A DNA stretch of 64,000 nt from Nematostella vectensis. Its lineage: Eukaryota. Shown one piece after another: positions 1-11,379 of this stretch (positions within the stretch are counted from its first letter, which is position 1; every line of letters starts with the position of its first letter). Below the pieces are notes generated by a model. That model was given only the letters and a program-made list of their open reading frames with translations, searched no databases and was not told the DNA's origin. Location of the stretch: the NCBI RefSeq assembly GCF_932526225.1, contig NC_064047.1, forward strand, positions 1,817,027 to 1,881,026. Direction: 5' to 3'. The translations under genes and the position numbers were made by a program.

Positions 1-303
1 GAAGACAAATGAGGAAGACAAGGAAGAAATAGAGAAGAACCAACATCGCCCACACCACATTCCTATAGTGGAGAAGACAAATGAGGAAGACAAAAAAGAG
101 ATAGAGAAGAACCAACACCGCCCACACCACATTCCTATAGTGGAGAAGACAAATGAGGAAGACAAGGAGGAGTTTTTCCAGGTGACTGCCAAAGGGTAGC
201 CTTCATGTAGCCCAACTCGCGAATAATATCCTCTCGTAGCAACTACCCAACGCTGGCGATAATCGTGTTCCATGACATCACGACTTAAGAAAACCTGAAA
301 AAA

Positions 304-875
304 TCAGGGCTTCTGGAATTACGCGGAAAAAAACTCAAAATTACGCGGGATTCTTTGCTAAATTACGCGGAAAATCAATCATTACGCGCTAAATTACGCG
401 GGATTTTGCAATACATTTTTCTTTAAAAATCAAAATTTTGCGATATTCTTTACTGAATTACGCGCTAAATTACACGGAATGTCAACTGTTACGCCCAAAC
501 TACATTTTGTACCGAAGGAAAGCACGAAATCTTGAAAAGGTTAATTTTTTGCGCGAAAATATCTTAGGCGAATTTTCATTGGCTCCAAGCCACCAACCAA
601 TTAAGCAAGGTATTTTATTATTAGTCCTAGGTCTTCGCGGTTTAGCAAAGAACGCCTAATCGTTTTATTTGTTTTCGAAATTCAGTTGGAAATATATCGC
701 ACTCTAACGAAGAATATGTCTTCTTTTACGAGAAATAGAGGTAAGAACCCTAAAAGAACACATTAGCTGTGCACTTAAATGTTTTGTCTTTCAAAATTTA
801 GCCAAATTACGCGGGATTACGCGGAGAAAGCCAAAATACGCGCTTCCGCACAAGCGCGTAATTCCAGAAGCCCTG
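304..875. mobile_element. MITE-like element with perfect 21-bp TIRs (CAGGGCTTCTGGAATTACGCG) and at least 9 internal sub-terminal AATTACGCG(G) repeats
   Basis: The 21-bp segment at 304-324 has its exact reverse complement at 855-875. The flanks are AT-rich (a likely short target-site duplication AAAAT/TAAAAT). There is no coding capacity. Confidence 0.6.
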
Positions 876-1439
876 TAAAATTATCTGATTGGCCACTCAC
901 TTGACAAAGTTCTTTCAAAGACTTTTATTGACTCACATGGAGAGATTCCCAAGCGCTTTGAACTAGTAATAAAAAACACATGTCCACAAATGCAAGTTTT
1001 TCACTTTCTCCTTTTCCTTAGGAGATAGTGACACATCTTCTGAAAATGAATTAATTTTTGTTTTTGGTTAGAAATTGGAGCAGCGCCTGGAAACAGAAAT
1101 TACCAGTATGGACCAGAAGCTTGTGCTTGAGCTCGACCAGATCGTCTGTGACCAGCAAGCAACATTAGAGGTAATGCATGTCAACCAGATAGTCTATGAC
1201 CTACAGGTATGACAAGATAATCTGGTCATTTTGTAACATATGTTGACCAGATAGTCTATGACCTTAGTGATAGATAACATAGATAACATACAGTATGACC
1301 AGATGGTCTATGTATGAGGCGGGGGGATGGGGGTACGGAAGCCCATGAGGGCCACTCAATGTTTTCGTTAACAACATCTCACCTTTCGGTCACGACTATG
1401 AACAATTTGCGTCACGACAACTCACTTTGAGTATCACGA

Positions 1440-2035
1440 CAAAGCACTATTTAATTATCGCTTAAAACATTGCAGGTTTAGTTCACAATATCGCACTTTG
1501 TGTCTCAAAACATCGCACTTTGTGTCTTAAAAAACTCATCATTTTGCCTTTGCTTAAAACATTTCAGTATATCGTTCACAACTTTCAGCTTTGTGCTTGT
1601 AACATAGCACTATTTGTCTATTGCATAAAATATTTGACTTTGTGTTTTATAACATGGGGCTTTGTGTCTTTAAAAATCTCGCGATTTGCCGAATGCGCAA
1701 ATTATTTCAGGTTTTGTCTATTGCATAAAATATTCAACTTTGTGTCTTAAAAATCTCGCGATTTGCCAAATGCGCAGATCATTCCAGTTTTTGTCTGTGT
1801 ATTAAATATTTAACTTTGTGCTTCATAACATAGTACTTTGTGTCTTAAAAATACCTCGCGATTTGCCGAATGCGCAAATCATTTCAGTTTTTGTCTATTG
1901 CATAAAATAATTAACTTTGTGCTTTATAACATGGTAATTCGTGTCTTAAAAAATATCGCGATTTGCCGAATGGCCAAATAATTTCAGTTTTTGTCTATGC
2001 ATAAAATATTTAACTTTGTGCTTTAGAACTTCATT
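1440..2035. repeat. Minisatellite, about 120-bp unit (cttaaaaatctcgcgatttgccgaatgcgcaaat...ttgtctattgcataaaata), about 5 copies
   Basis: Visible periodicity on direct reading. Confidence 0.7.
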
Positions 2036-3953
2036 TCACAAATTCGAAGAGAATTATCAAATAACTGGATTCTATACGAATGACCTGTGAGCTCCCTACA
2101 AGGACTAAAAACTAAACAGAACGTCAGGATAGGCGGAGGAAAAGAAGCCTTAGCGATACGGGATCAAAGGCTGAACTGGTTGAGTGCCCGCTCGAGCTTT
2201 ATTCAGTGTTCTACAGCTGTAGGTACCTCTAGCTCGCCTTGCGGGACTACGACCCCAATGATAACTCTACATCGGAAGCCTCTCCTCCAAACGATAAATC
2301 ACGGCATTTGACTTTGTTTATAACTTAGGCGGCTCATCGCATTAATGCTAATAATATCTAACTTTTTTGACAATCATTTACAGCATGCCATAATATCTTA
2401 GGCAACGACTCGCAATGGGTCGCAATGCTGAACTTTTTACTTTGTCTTATCAACAATGCTATTTATTTCACTGATCATTATGGCTTATAATCTTGATTTA
2501 ATATTTATATTAACTTTCTTAACATCGCCGCCACTGTATTTGTGGCCTCTTGGCTCATAGAGCTGTTGATTCTGTTGCAGAGAGCTGGGGTCCCCCTTTT
2601 CTTTGTCACCAATAATCCTGATGATGTCCGCCTGCAGATGTACTTATTGGAGTTCATACAACAGTTGATACCTGGCCCAAGCTGAACATATCATACAGAA
2701 TGTGATGCCTGTTTGATGACGTCATAAAAAGCTAGTACCTCAACCTGATTACGTAATATAGAAGATGATACAGAACCGAGTCAAGCTGATAACGTCTTAC
2801 AGATGATACCTCTCCAATGATGTCATAAGCAAGCTATTGTCTGGTCAGTGACGCCATAAAACAAATGGTACCTGGTTTTTAACGTAGTGCAACATACTGT
2901 ACAATGTTACATCGTCAGTGACGTTATACAACAGCTGATACCTTGTGTATTTTGTCATGAGCCAACACTACCTGGTCCAACAGATGACACCATGTAATTT
3001 TTTGTTGAAAGCTGTTTTACAGTATGTAATAGATAAATTTAAAATTCAAAGAAATCTCATCGTCCAGCAAGAGAAAAATGCAAGCAGCTTTTTTTTCTCT
3101 TGGCCAGATATTCAAAAGTTTCTTGATTTCTTAAATCCAAATGAGCGACTAAGAAGAATTTTTGGTTGTTGCACTGGAGTGTACTGGACAGATTGTTGTA
3201 GAAAATAAGATTTGCAAAGGAATATTTTTAAAAAGACTGCGTTCGGACATTTAGGCCTTAATGCCTTTTGTATTAGGGACCGTAAAGTTGTCAATCATGA
3301 AATTGAAAAAGAAGTTTAATGATCAAGAAGCAACTAATAATCGATACCAAATCCTGTCAATTGTACTACCGATCAGAAAATATTGAACAAATGTTTCTTG
3401 TTTTAGGCCTTTTCTTCAAAATGTTACCATATTTTATATGTTCTGCCTACATGTATAGTACAACAAAGAGCCTATCTTGGAAACATTGTGGATGATCACA
3501 ACTAAATCAAGTCACTCAACAAGTGTTAACGTCGACTTTATTAGGAGTTGTGAGTTTATTCGCTTGTGTTTATCAAAATTTAACAAATGAAGGTTGCACA
3601 ACTACTATAACTTGATAAATTTCAACATTGAATTAGTATCAGGATAATATATTATAACAATAATTATAATAATAGTCTATTGTCCTCTATAATTATATTA
3701 GTGTCCATTTATGATATCGATATGACACAGTTAACGTGTGGGAATTCGAGGGAACCACTTTGAATTCATACTGCCGGTCAAATCCACAGCGTGAACATAT
3801 ATTCTGTAATTGATCTTGTACTATGAAGAGTTATTTATTCACTTATGAGAGCGGGAGCAGTCATACTGCTGGTCTATTCCAAGACATAAGTCACCGAATG
3901 AGTAATGCTTGGTGATTCTCCGGCTTTCCTTCTCACGGGCGTATAGTATTACA

Positions 3954-4250
3954 TTATTCATTCACTTCTGTGAGAAACTGACTTTCAATACTAGAGGGAA
4001 TCACCTCGAAAAACAAGTCATACTGCTGGTCTATTCCAAGATACGAGTCACTCATTAAGTACACCGTTAGGATTTTCCTCCCTTCCTCCTCGGGCGTGTA
4101 GAAGGATAGTGTAGCGGTGGTTGTCCCCTGGACAGGCCCAAGTCTCTTCAAAGCCATCAGCTCGCCCGTGTCAGTGTCTCCAAGCACCAGCCACCATCCT
4201 TCAGTCTGCACCTTGGGGAAGCACGGCGCGTGGACCTTGGCATCGGCTCC
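3954..4250 (-). CDS. ASCC3: ASCC3 terminal coding exon (GADAKVHAPCFPKVQTEGWWLVLGDTDTGELMALKRLGPVQGTTTATLSFYTPEEEGRKILTVYLMSDSYLGIDQQYDLFFEVIPSSIESQFLTEVNE*)
   Basis: Acceptor cattacag|. The stop codon TAA is at 3954-3956 (minus). An AATAAA on the minus strand at about 3835-3840 is a candidate polyadenylation signal. Confidence 0.85.
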   Translation of the reverse strand, partial: GADAKVHAPCFPKVQTEGWWLVLGDTDTGELMALKRLGPVQGTTTATLSFYTPEEEGRKILTVYLMSDSYLGIDQQYDLFFEVIPSSIESQFLTEVNE

Positions 4251-4862
4251 CTGTAATGATTTATCCAAGAAGGCGAGTCACGCCGCCATTTTTCCCTCCC
4301 GCACAATACCTATACTCACTAAAACAATCCATTTCCATCGGCTAATTCAAGCAAGTTACTAAGATACTTTCCATAAAATATCGTTAATAAGGTATAAAAC
4401 TTAAATAATGGGTGGTCATTTTGAAGTTTTCTTGCAAATAAACCAATGTATTTTCAATTGTAAACAATAATCAAGGAGTGGTTGATCGACACTCTTGATA
4501 ACGTGGGCGACGACAGCAGAAACAATGGACTTGGATTGAGAACTCAACAGAAGCACTTGAAAATGCGTGGCGTATTATGGGTTCCAGCCCTTTTCCACCA
4601 AACCACAACACGAAAACTCCAAGTTTCACGGTCTATTGATGAGGTGGACGTTCCTACGTTCGCTCGTGTAGAAATAATGTTCTTTGGCAACAAGTTTGGA
4701 ATTGAAAGCCAATTTTTTCCCTTTTTTTCGATCCTAATCGTCTTAGCGGTCGTCGTCGTCGTCCTTGCTTAAGGCACCTAATGTCGATCAGCCACCCAGT
4801 TGTTATTGTTTACATCTGAATACACGACGTTGTTACAGGAACAACAACAAAACACTGGTTAC

Positions 4863-5066
4863 CCGGAAGGAGGCACTGAGCCGCTTCAAACTAACTTTCA
4901 TTGCGTACTCCTGGTCAGCGTGCACAGTTACCCAGTTGTCATGGAGACCGACAAGATCCGTTCTGACAGGCTTCTCTGCTTTCTTCGCACCATCCCCTTC
5001 TTCCCAGGCTCCTCTCAGCTTGATTGACAGAGCGAGCATGGGGAGACGTCTGAGGACACTATGTAT
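4863..5066 (-). CDS. ASCC3: ASCC3 exon 33 (IHSVLRRLPMLALSIKLRGAWEEGDGAKKAEKPVRTDLVGLHDNWVTVHADQEYAMKVSLKRLSASFR)
   Basis: LHADQEY motif. Acceptor ttccccatag| and donor CGG|GTAACC. Confidence 0.8.
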
Positions 5067-5773
5067 CTATGGGGAAAAACACATGATCGCCTAATGAGCA
5101 ACCTTGAAAAAGGTAAATCACGCCGCCATTTTATGCTTTCACTCAATGCCAAGTCACACAAAGCATCCACTTACCTCGGCTAATTCAAGCAACTGAGAAC
5201 CTCTCTCAATCAAGTATCATTTATATAGTATCAGACTACAATCGTGGATGGTTATTTCGAAGTTTCCTTACAAGTTATCCAAGTGTAAGAAAGTATCCAT
5301 CTGCTGATATGGGAGGCCTATCTGAGATTTTCGATTGAATTTGACGAAAGAAGTATACAACTTTGTTTTTAAAGTTACGGGTGCTTTCAGACCACGTGTT
5401 ATACAAGGCCAGATAAATAACAAAACCTTTTTCTTCTACGACCGTAGGAGCGTGTTATCGCAGTAGAGGGTGTTAGTCAGACTCTTTGCAACAACTCACA
5501 ACCACGTTGATGCCAAACCCACCGAGCTCCTAACTTACGTAACAACGTCAGAAAGGCACATACTGTAATGTGGTAAAATCTCGAGATAACCATCTAAAAA
5601 CAAAGGTTAATACTAAATTTACCGACTCCAATAAAAAATATTACATTGGCTTCCCCAATTTAGCCGATGGAAATGGATCCTTTTTTCACACTTGGTACTT
5701 TGATAGAAGGACAAAATGGCGGCTGACGAGGCAGTTTAACGGCATTGTATTTTTCTCATTTGTCATTGCAAAC

Positions 5774-6043
5774 CTGCTCTATCTCCTGACTGGACACCAT
5801 GCCTCTCAGAGCATTGTCCAGGATACTCTTCCTGGCAGATACCGCATGGACCAACTCAGGTAGGCTTTGTATCTGGTCACCATTTGGCCTCCTGAAGCCT
5901 GATAGGTGTTGCGCCTGAATACCAGGAAGGGTGAGAAGGGAGCAGTCGTGTAACCAGCGTGCCTGGACAACCATCTGCCCAACGTGCATGATGCGAAGGG
6001 CGGTGGCCAGCCAGCCCTCGTCTGCAGCCACGTCAATCATGGC
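5774..6043 (-). CDS. ASCC3: ASCC3 exon 32 (AMIDVAADEGWLATALRIMHVGQMVVQARWLHDCSLLTLPGIQAQHLSGFRRPNGDQIQSLPELVHAVSARKSILDNALRGMVSSQEIEQ)
   Basis: Acceptor ttcccaag|. The 3' boundary is the least certain of the set, with a weak donor CAG|GTTTGC. Confidence 0.65.
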
Positions 6044-6414
6044 CTTGGGAATAGAAAGATAAGGGGCAACTTATAAATTACTCGTCACTTGTTAAATCGG
6101 TAAAATGTCACCAGTTTTACTTTCGGTAATTTGCGTAACAATATCTGATAATTTTTAACGGAAAACGCGAAAAATATTTCAAAATTGTAAAAGCAGTGTG
6201 TCTATTGGAAGTTTCTTTGAGGATGTGATGTGATAATTTAGAAAGGATGGCCTGTTAATAGATTCTTGTCTCTTGAGGTTTTCGTCGGTCCTCCCGAAAT
6301 TAACTGGTGACAATGCCGCCGCTTTAATTACTCGTCACTTTTAAACTACTCGTTGTAAATAACTCGTTACCTGTAAATGACTCGTCACTTGTAAACTACT
6401 CGTTGCTTGTTTAC

Positions 6415-6583
6415 CTGTAAAATCCGGATGGCCTGGTCAAGCACAGACTTCTGGTCAGTAAAGTAGTCACTACTTGGTAGCGCGAGTCTGCTGAAGTGCG
6501 CCTGGAACAGTAGGTTGGTCTTGGTGTGCGCACTGTCGAACGTGTGCGGGTTCACCTCCAAAGGCAGCTCTTTAGCAAGATCA
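6415..6583 (-). CDS. ASCC3: ASCC3 exon 31 (S DLAKELPLEVNPHTFDSAHTKTNLLFQAHFSRLALPSSDYFTDQKSVLDQAIRILQ)
   Basis: Second Sec63 unit. Acceptor ccgttcag| and donor CAG|GTAAAC. Confidence 0.8.
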
Positions 6584-7465
6584 CTGAACGGTACACAGTA
6601 AGCCAGTAAGCACGAACGGAACAGGGGCTGATGCAGGAGTACCAGAAAGAGGGGCGAAGCAAGGGTTTCAAGAAAGGAGTGGTGGGCGGATTTATTGTCC
6701 TTCCATGGATTTCCTTACATTTCTTGTCAAAAAGCCAAATATCTGAAAATAGGGGAGAGGGAACGGAGCCGCTCGGCCAGCCCCTAGACCCGCCCCTGCC
6801 TGATTCGCCATTCTTGCGTTGCGTGCGCAGGGACGATTTTAGGGGACGCAAATCTGGTAAACGCGTTGATTTAATTTTGACAGAAAAATTGGTAGGTTTG
6901 GTTAATTTTGCTACCGGGATATCTTAGCTAGTTGGACTCACGACATCAATATTGACAACATTCGACGCCATGTTGAATTACGTGCCCTAAAATGCTGTTC
7001 GCGTATAAACTCAACTCGGTCCCCGCGCAAAGTAAGAATGGAAAATAGGATTGTATAAGGAAATCACAGGTGGCCCAGGGGAGCGCGTTAGTAGCGTTTA
7101 GGGCCTTTCAACTCAGCTGAAACGGGTTCTATTCCCGGTCGAGACATGGTTAGTATCTCTCTGTTTCTTAGACCCGATTTTGACTTCTTGAGCTAACTTG
7201 AAGCCTATGTTTCACGGGCAATGCGTATTAGGATTTAAATGTGAAGTGCTATATATATTTTTTTAAGACAAGGAACAAGTGTCGATGTATCAGCCTTTAT
7301 AAACGCATAGATGTGTTTGAATACCTTTCATGACTGTGTAGTGTATTCTCAGCACAGCTTTTGAATAGATAACGACCGAAACGTCCTTTTGATAGGTGTT
7401 TACTACAGTGTAAACACGCAGGACCTCACTGACTTGACTAAAAATACCTTCGACATTCTTTTCAC

Positions 7466-7521
7466 CTGTTAATAGCGTCCTCATTATGCCGCACTGGGAG
7501 CTCACTGTATTCGTGGGCTTC
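7466..7521 (-). CDS. ASCC3: ASCC3 exon 30 (EAHEYSELPVRHNEDAIN-)
   Basis: The LPVRHNED motif is conserved. Acceptor ttttccacag| and donor AG|GTGAAA. Confidence 0.8.
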
Positions 7522-7669
7522 CTGTGGAAAACAGTCAAGTGGGTGTCAATATTGAAATCAGTAGAAAGTATTAAATCCTCCTGTTGACGATTAGAGACAC
7601 GACAAAACATATTCCGTAAAAAAAATCCACTTTGTGTCACACAAATTTATAAAACAAAGCATTACATAC

Positions 7670-7804
7670 AGATAATACTTCCAAGAGGTCAGGAAGGCTG
7701 CAGTCAGCGTGCAACCGCTCCTTTAGCATGCGCAGGGTGAGGTGATTAAGGTAGTAGTACGACGCGATGTGCGCAGCGGTGGTTGGCGACAACGATACGC
7801 TATC
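7670..7804 (-). CDS. ASCC3: ASCC3 exon 29 (DSVSLSPTTAAHIASYYYLNHLTLRMLKERLHADCSLPDLLEVLS)
   Basis: IASYYYL motif. Acceptor cattag| and donor TCT|GTATGT. Confidence 0.8.
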
Positions 7805-7899
7805 CTAATGGGGAAAAAAATGAGGACCTTTAGCAAAGAAGATAACAACATTGACGATTACGGCAAAAAATAAATTAGAATTCAATAGCACCACGTGAT

Positions 7900-8340
7900 C
7901 AGGCGAAGGAAGGGAGATCCACTTGTACCCCCCCCCCCCCCCCCCAGTATCCAGGCACCCCGATATCTCCACCCATACCCCAAAAGATATCACCGTATGC
8001 TTAACTCCCGAGTATCGGGACAGACCGACAATTCCGGCTCCGCCCAAACCGAAAGCCAGATCCACTTATTCGAAATCCGTGCCCAAATGTGAAAGTGGGG
8101 TGTTTACCTGGACAATAAAAAGATAGCTAGACGCCTACTTCTCCAATATCGGGACATACCGACAATAACAGGTAAACATAAATAGCCCCCAACTCCAAAT
8201 ACCCCTATGTTAAAGTTGGGTTTCTATCTCAACCACAAAAAGATAGACAGACGTATGCCCATCTCCCCAGTAGTGATACACCGATAATTCCAGATCCACA
8301 AAAACCTAAAGACACGCCACCCACTTAATCGAACTCCATA
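7900..8340. repeat. About 135-bp tandem repeat, 3 copies (…gatatcaccg…ccgacaattccggctccgcc…); a fourth partial copy overlaps the 3' end of ASCC3 exon 28
   Basis: Direct reading. Confidence 0.55.
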
Positions 8341-8367
8341 CCCCTAACACTGTCATTCACGCCAAAC

Positions 8368-8590
8368 CATGTTTAGTTAAAAAGGTTTTTCTTTGCCTGA
8401 TAACTTGCCAAGTTTCTCATTGTGTTGAATCCTTACTAGTTAAATAATCACTTAGTAACATGTACAGCATAGTCTATTCAATTTTGTTCTTGGTTCTGTC
8501 ACTCTTGGGAGAATGAGATTTAAACCAGTTTAATTAAACCACCTTTAAACTGGTTTAAGTGCTGGTGTGAATGCGGTATAAGTTAATATG
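8368..8590 (+). repeat. Interspersed repeat family copy 1 (about 225 bp, with a palindromic core TTTAAACCAGTTTAATTAAACCACCTTTAAACTGGTTTAA)
   Basis: About 85% identical to 54733-54960 in the same orientation. Both copies end in GGTGTGAATGCGGTATAAG. Confidence 0.6.
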
Positions 8591-8631
8591 GGGCTTCTAC
8601 ACAAACCACACAGAAAAAGACGTATACTAAC

Positions 8632-8869
8632 CTCTCCAGTATTGAGACAGCCCGATAATTCCAGCTCCGCCGCAGCAGACTCTACTAGCCGGGACAGGTA
8701 CTTATTAACGCTGTCATGGTCCGTGTCCTGCAAGTCGTAGTATGTCGGGTTCATGACCAGGCGACGGAAAAAGTACGTCCAGGTCATATAGTCCATGGCG
8801 TCCTGTTTGGACGTGATTGTGCCGGCCACTACCTCGGCGTTGAGATGGTCTGCTAGCACCTCCAGTAAA
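8632..8869 (-). CDS. ASCC3: ASCC3 exon 28 (S LLEVLADHLNAEVVAGTITSKQDAMDYMTWTYFFRRLVMNPTYYDLQDTDHDSVNKYLSRLVESAAAELELSGCLNTGE)
   Basis: Acceptor ttttccag| and donor GAG|GTTAGT. Confidence 0.85.
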
Positions 8870-9342
8870 CTGGAAAATGGTGTCGGTAGACAAATGATAG
8901 TAATGGTATTGGTGGACAAATGTTAGTGCTAGGTGCTACATCGGCATTGAAAGGTAAACTGTAAAATGATGTAGGTAGACAATAGCTAGAGTACCACCTA
9001 GACGTTAACATGGTCTGCTTGTACAACTCCAATGAACTAGCTCGACTAAATCATCATTTCCGACAATCATTACTTTTTAACCTTTATTCTACAGGGAATA
9101 GCTATTACTAATAGAAATGCTTGGGGGTGTGGCCAGGGGGACGGCTCAGGGGGAGCCCCCCCCCTTCCAGCAGGCAAAAATACAGTAAATCTATGATACA
9201 TTACTACATTACTTAAATACAGGAACAATGCATAATCTGGGCCTTTTTAGGCCACCTCCTGTAATAAATCCTGGCTACGCCCCTGATGGTTTATAACCGC
9301 AGGCTTCCCAACCACGTCATAAGCATGACAATTTAACCATAC

Positions 9343-9596
9343 CTCGACTCCACAGGAAAGGGCTCGTACAGGAACTTCTTATAAAAATGCTTTTTGACGT
9401 CATGCACTAAGATAACCGCTTTTCCCTGGTCATCGTACTGCGGGCGCCCGGCTCGTCCCATCATCTGCAGTACGTCAGTAATGGGGAAATCCACGTAGCG
9501 GCATTTCTTGCCGTCAAAGTACTCCGTGCCCTTGATGACCACGAGGTGGGCGGGGAAGTTGACACCCCAAGCCAATGTACTGGTGGCGATCAGGAC
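9343..9596 (-). CDS. ASCC3: ASCC3 exon 27 ([84 protein letters not shown]-)
   Basis: The [11 protein letters not shown] and [10 protein letters not shown] motifs mark the second helicase C domain. Acceptor cctag| and donor AG|GTATGG. Confidence 0.9.
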
Positions 9597-9849
9597 CTAG
9601 CAGGGAGAGCGAATTGTGATCAGGAGTGTGTCAAAAGGCTACCAGAAAATCTGTTCACCGAAAATTTGTTTCCGACAACCTAGCTGTTTACACTGACGAC
9701 CTCCTTTGTTTTCCGACAAGTTTATCACACTTAAAAGATCAAATTTACTTTCATTTTAATTTGAGCAACTCATATTATATGGAAACCGTGATAGGCGAAT
9801 GAGTTGTTGGTTGATTGAAGCGAGTTGAGTAATCATTACGAGAGGATGA

Positions 9850-10220
9850 TTCCATAACGGACATAATAATCAGGATCACAATCATCATCATCACAATTTT
9901 CATCGTCATCACATCAATAATCATTTGTCATTATCACCACTCCTATCACCATCATCAGTACCATCATCATCACCACCGTCATCATGAATACCGCCATCGC
10001 CATCGTCAACACCATCAGCATCACCATTATCATCATCTTCACAACCATCATTATCATCTCAATCGTCACCATCATAAACGTTTACTATCAGCATCAGCAT
10101 CGCCATTATCATCATTTTCACAACCATCATTATCATCACCATCGTCACCTTCACCACCACCACCACCATGACCACCAACATTATCATCACCATCGTCACC
10201 ATCATGAACGTTGACTGTAA
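9850..10220. repeat. CAT/CAC/CGT-rich low-complexity tract in the ASCC3 intron
   Basis: Direct reading. The His-rich ORFs on both strands are artefacts. Confidence 0.85.
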
Positions 10221-10226
10221 TCTGAC

Positions 10227-10364
10227 CTGGATCTTCTGGTTGACAAAGAGCTCCTCCACGACACTCCTGTCTCTCTCGTGCAGGCCCGCATGATGGAGAC
10301 CGATACCAAACGACAACACGAGCTTAAGGTTACTGTCTCGCACAGCGTGGAGGACTTGCTCCAT
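10227..10364 (-). CDS. ASCC3: ASCC3 exon 26 (MEQVLHAVRDSNLKLVLSFGIGLHHAGLHERDRSVVEELFVNQKIQ)
   Basis: GIGxHHAGL motif. Acceptor ccatag| and donor CAG|GTCAGA. Confidence 0.85.
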
Positions 10365-10619
10365 CTATGGATCAATGTCAGTAATTAGTCATGGGGGTAC
10401 AAGGTCGTAGAGTAGAGTAGAGAGTAGAGCCCCGCCCTGGACTAGCATTATTAATTTATTGTTAAAAAACCGATAACTGCGGCATGGACACTGATGTCCG
10501 GAGAGGTTAGGTTAAAAGAAGAAGATGTTGAAAACCAATATGTATGCGCCACCGAAAGCCAAATCTGAATACGATCTATTCGAACACATGCTTGAAAGGC
10601 CATATCGCGTCACGCAAAA

Positions 10620-11115
10620 CCTACTTCCTCTTCCTGCATGTCACGTCACGTGATAGTAACCTCCTTTTTTGGGCGGTCACGTCACACAGTACTTACCTCC
10701 TCTCCTCCATTTCCGCCAGGTGATGTATACCCTCTCTCCACCATTTGACGTCACGTGATGATTACCTTTTCTTCCGGTAAGTGATGTCACGTGATTTTTA
10801 CCTTCTCCCTCTGAAGGTGACGTCACGTGATGCTTACCTCTCCTTCCGGCATGAGACGTCACGTGATGCTTACCTCCTCCCTCTGAAGGTGACGCCACGT
10901 GATGCTTACCTCCTCTTCAGGCATGTGATTCTAAACTCTTCTTCAGGCATGAGACGTCACGTGATGCTTATCTTCACTTTCTTAATGTGACGTTACATGA
11001 TGCTCACCTCCTTTTCCGGTAAGTGGCGTCACGTGATTCCTACCTCTTCTTCCAGTATGCGGTGTCACGTGATTTTGACCTTCACCCTCTGCATGTGACG
11101 TCGCGTGATGCTCAC
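10620..11115. repeat. About 60-bp minisatellite (about 8 copies) whose unit is the ASCC3 exon-25 donor junction (minus strand GAGGAG|GTAAGCATCACGTGACGTC)
   Basis: Every unit carries an AG|GTAAGC consensus donor plus a CACGTG E-box and a TGACGTCA CRE-like palindrome. The array abuts the real donor at 11115/11116. Confidence 0.8.
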
Positions 11116-11379
11116 CTCCTCTTCAGGCATGTGCAGCCATTGCTTGGGGTCATCCTGGGCGGCCAGGAAGGCGATCAAGTCCAGGGCTGTTAGTCTGGTC
11201 TGTCTTCTGGACGAGACGAAGACGAGGGTGGGCTTGGTCGGAGAGTGAATCCGGATCGCCTCGAAAGTTGGCTTGTTCATAGTAGCCATACGAGGGCAGT
11301 AATGCTTGCCGGGAAATCCTGTGATGTGAACCTCAAGAGGAACAGGGCGAACTGAAGGTCGGAAGTTGAACATACCAGC
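11116..11379 (-). CDS. ASCC3: ASCC3 exon 25 ([88 protein letters not shown])
   Basis: The [16 protein letters not shown] motif is conserved. Acceptor tccccaag| and donor GAG|GTGAGC. Confidence 0.9.

Noticed and set aside
1100-1300. Repeated GACCAGATAGTCTATGACC motifs as a possible transposon end
   Set aside because: Only 4 short, loosely spaced copies, with no convincing TIR pair or target-site duplication.
9984-10214. His-rich 76-aa ORF
   Set aside because: CAT/CAC low-complexity tract inside an ASCC3 intron. The antisense ORF (10059-10364) merely extends the real exon-26 frame into the repeat.
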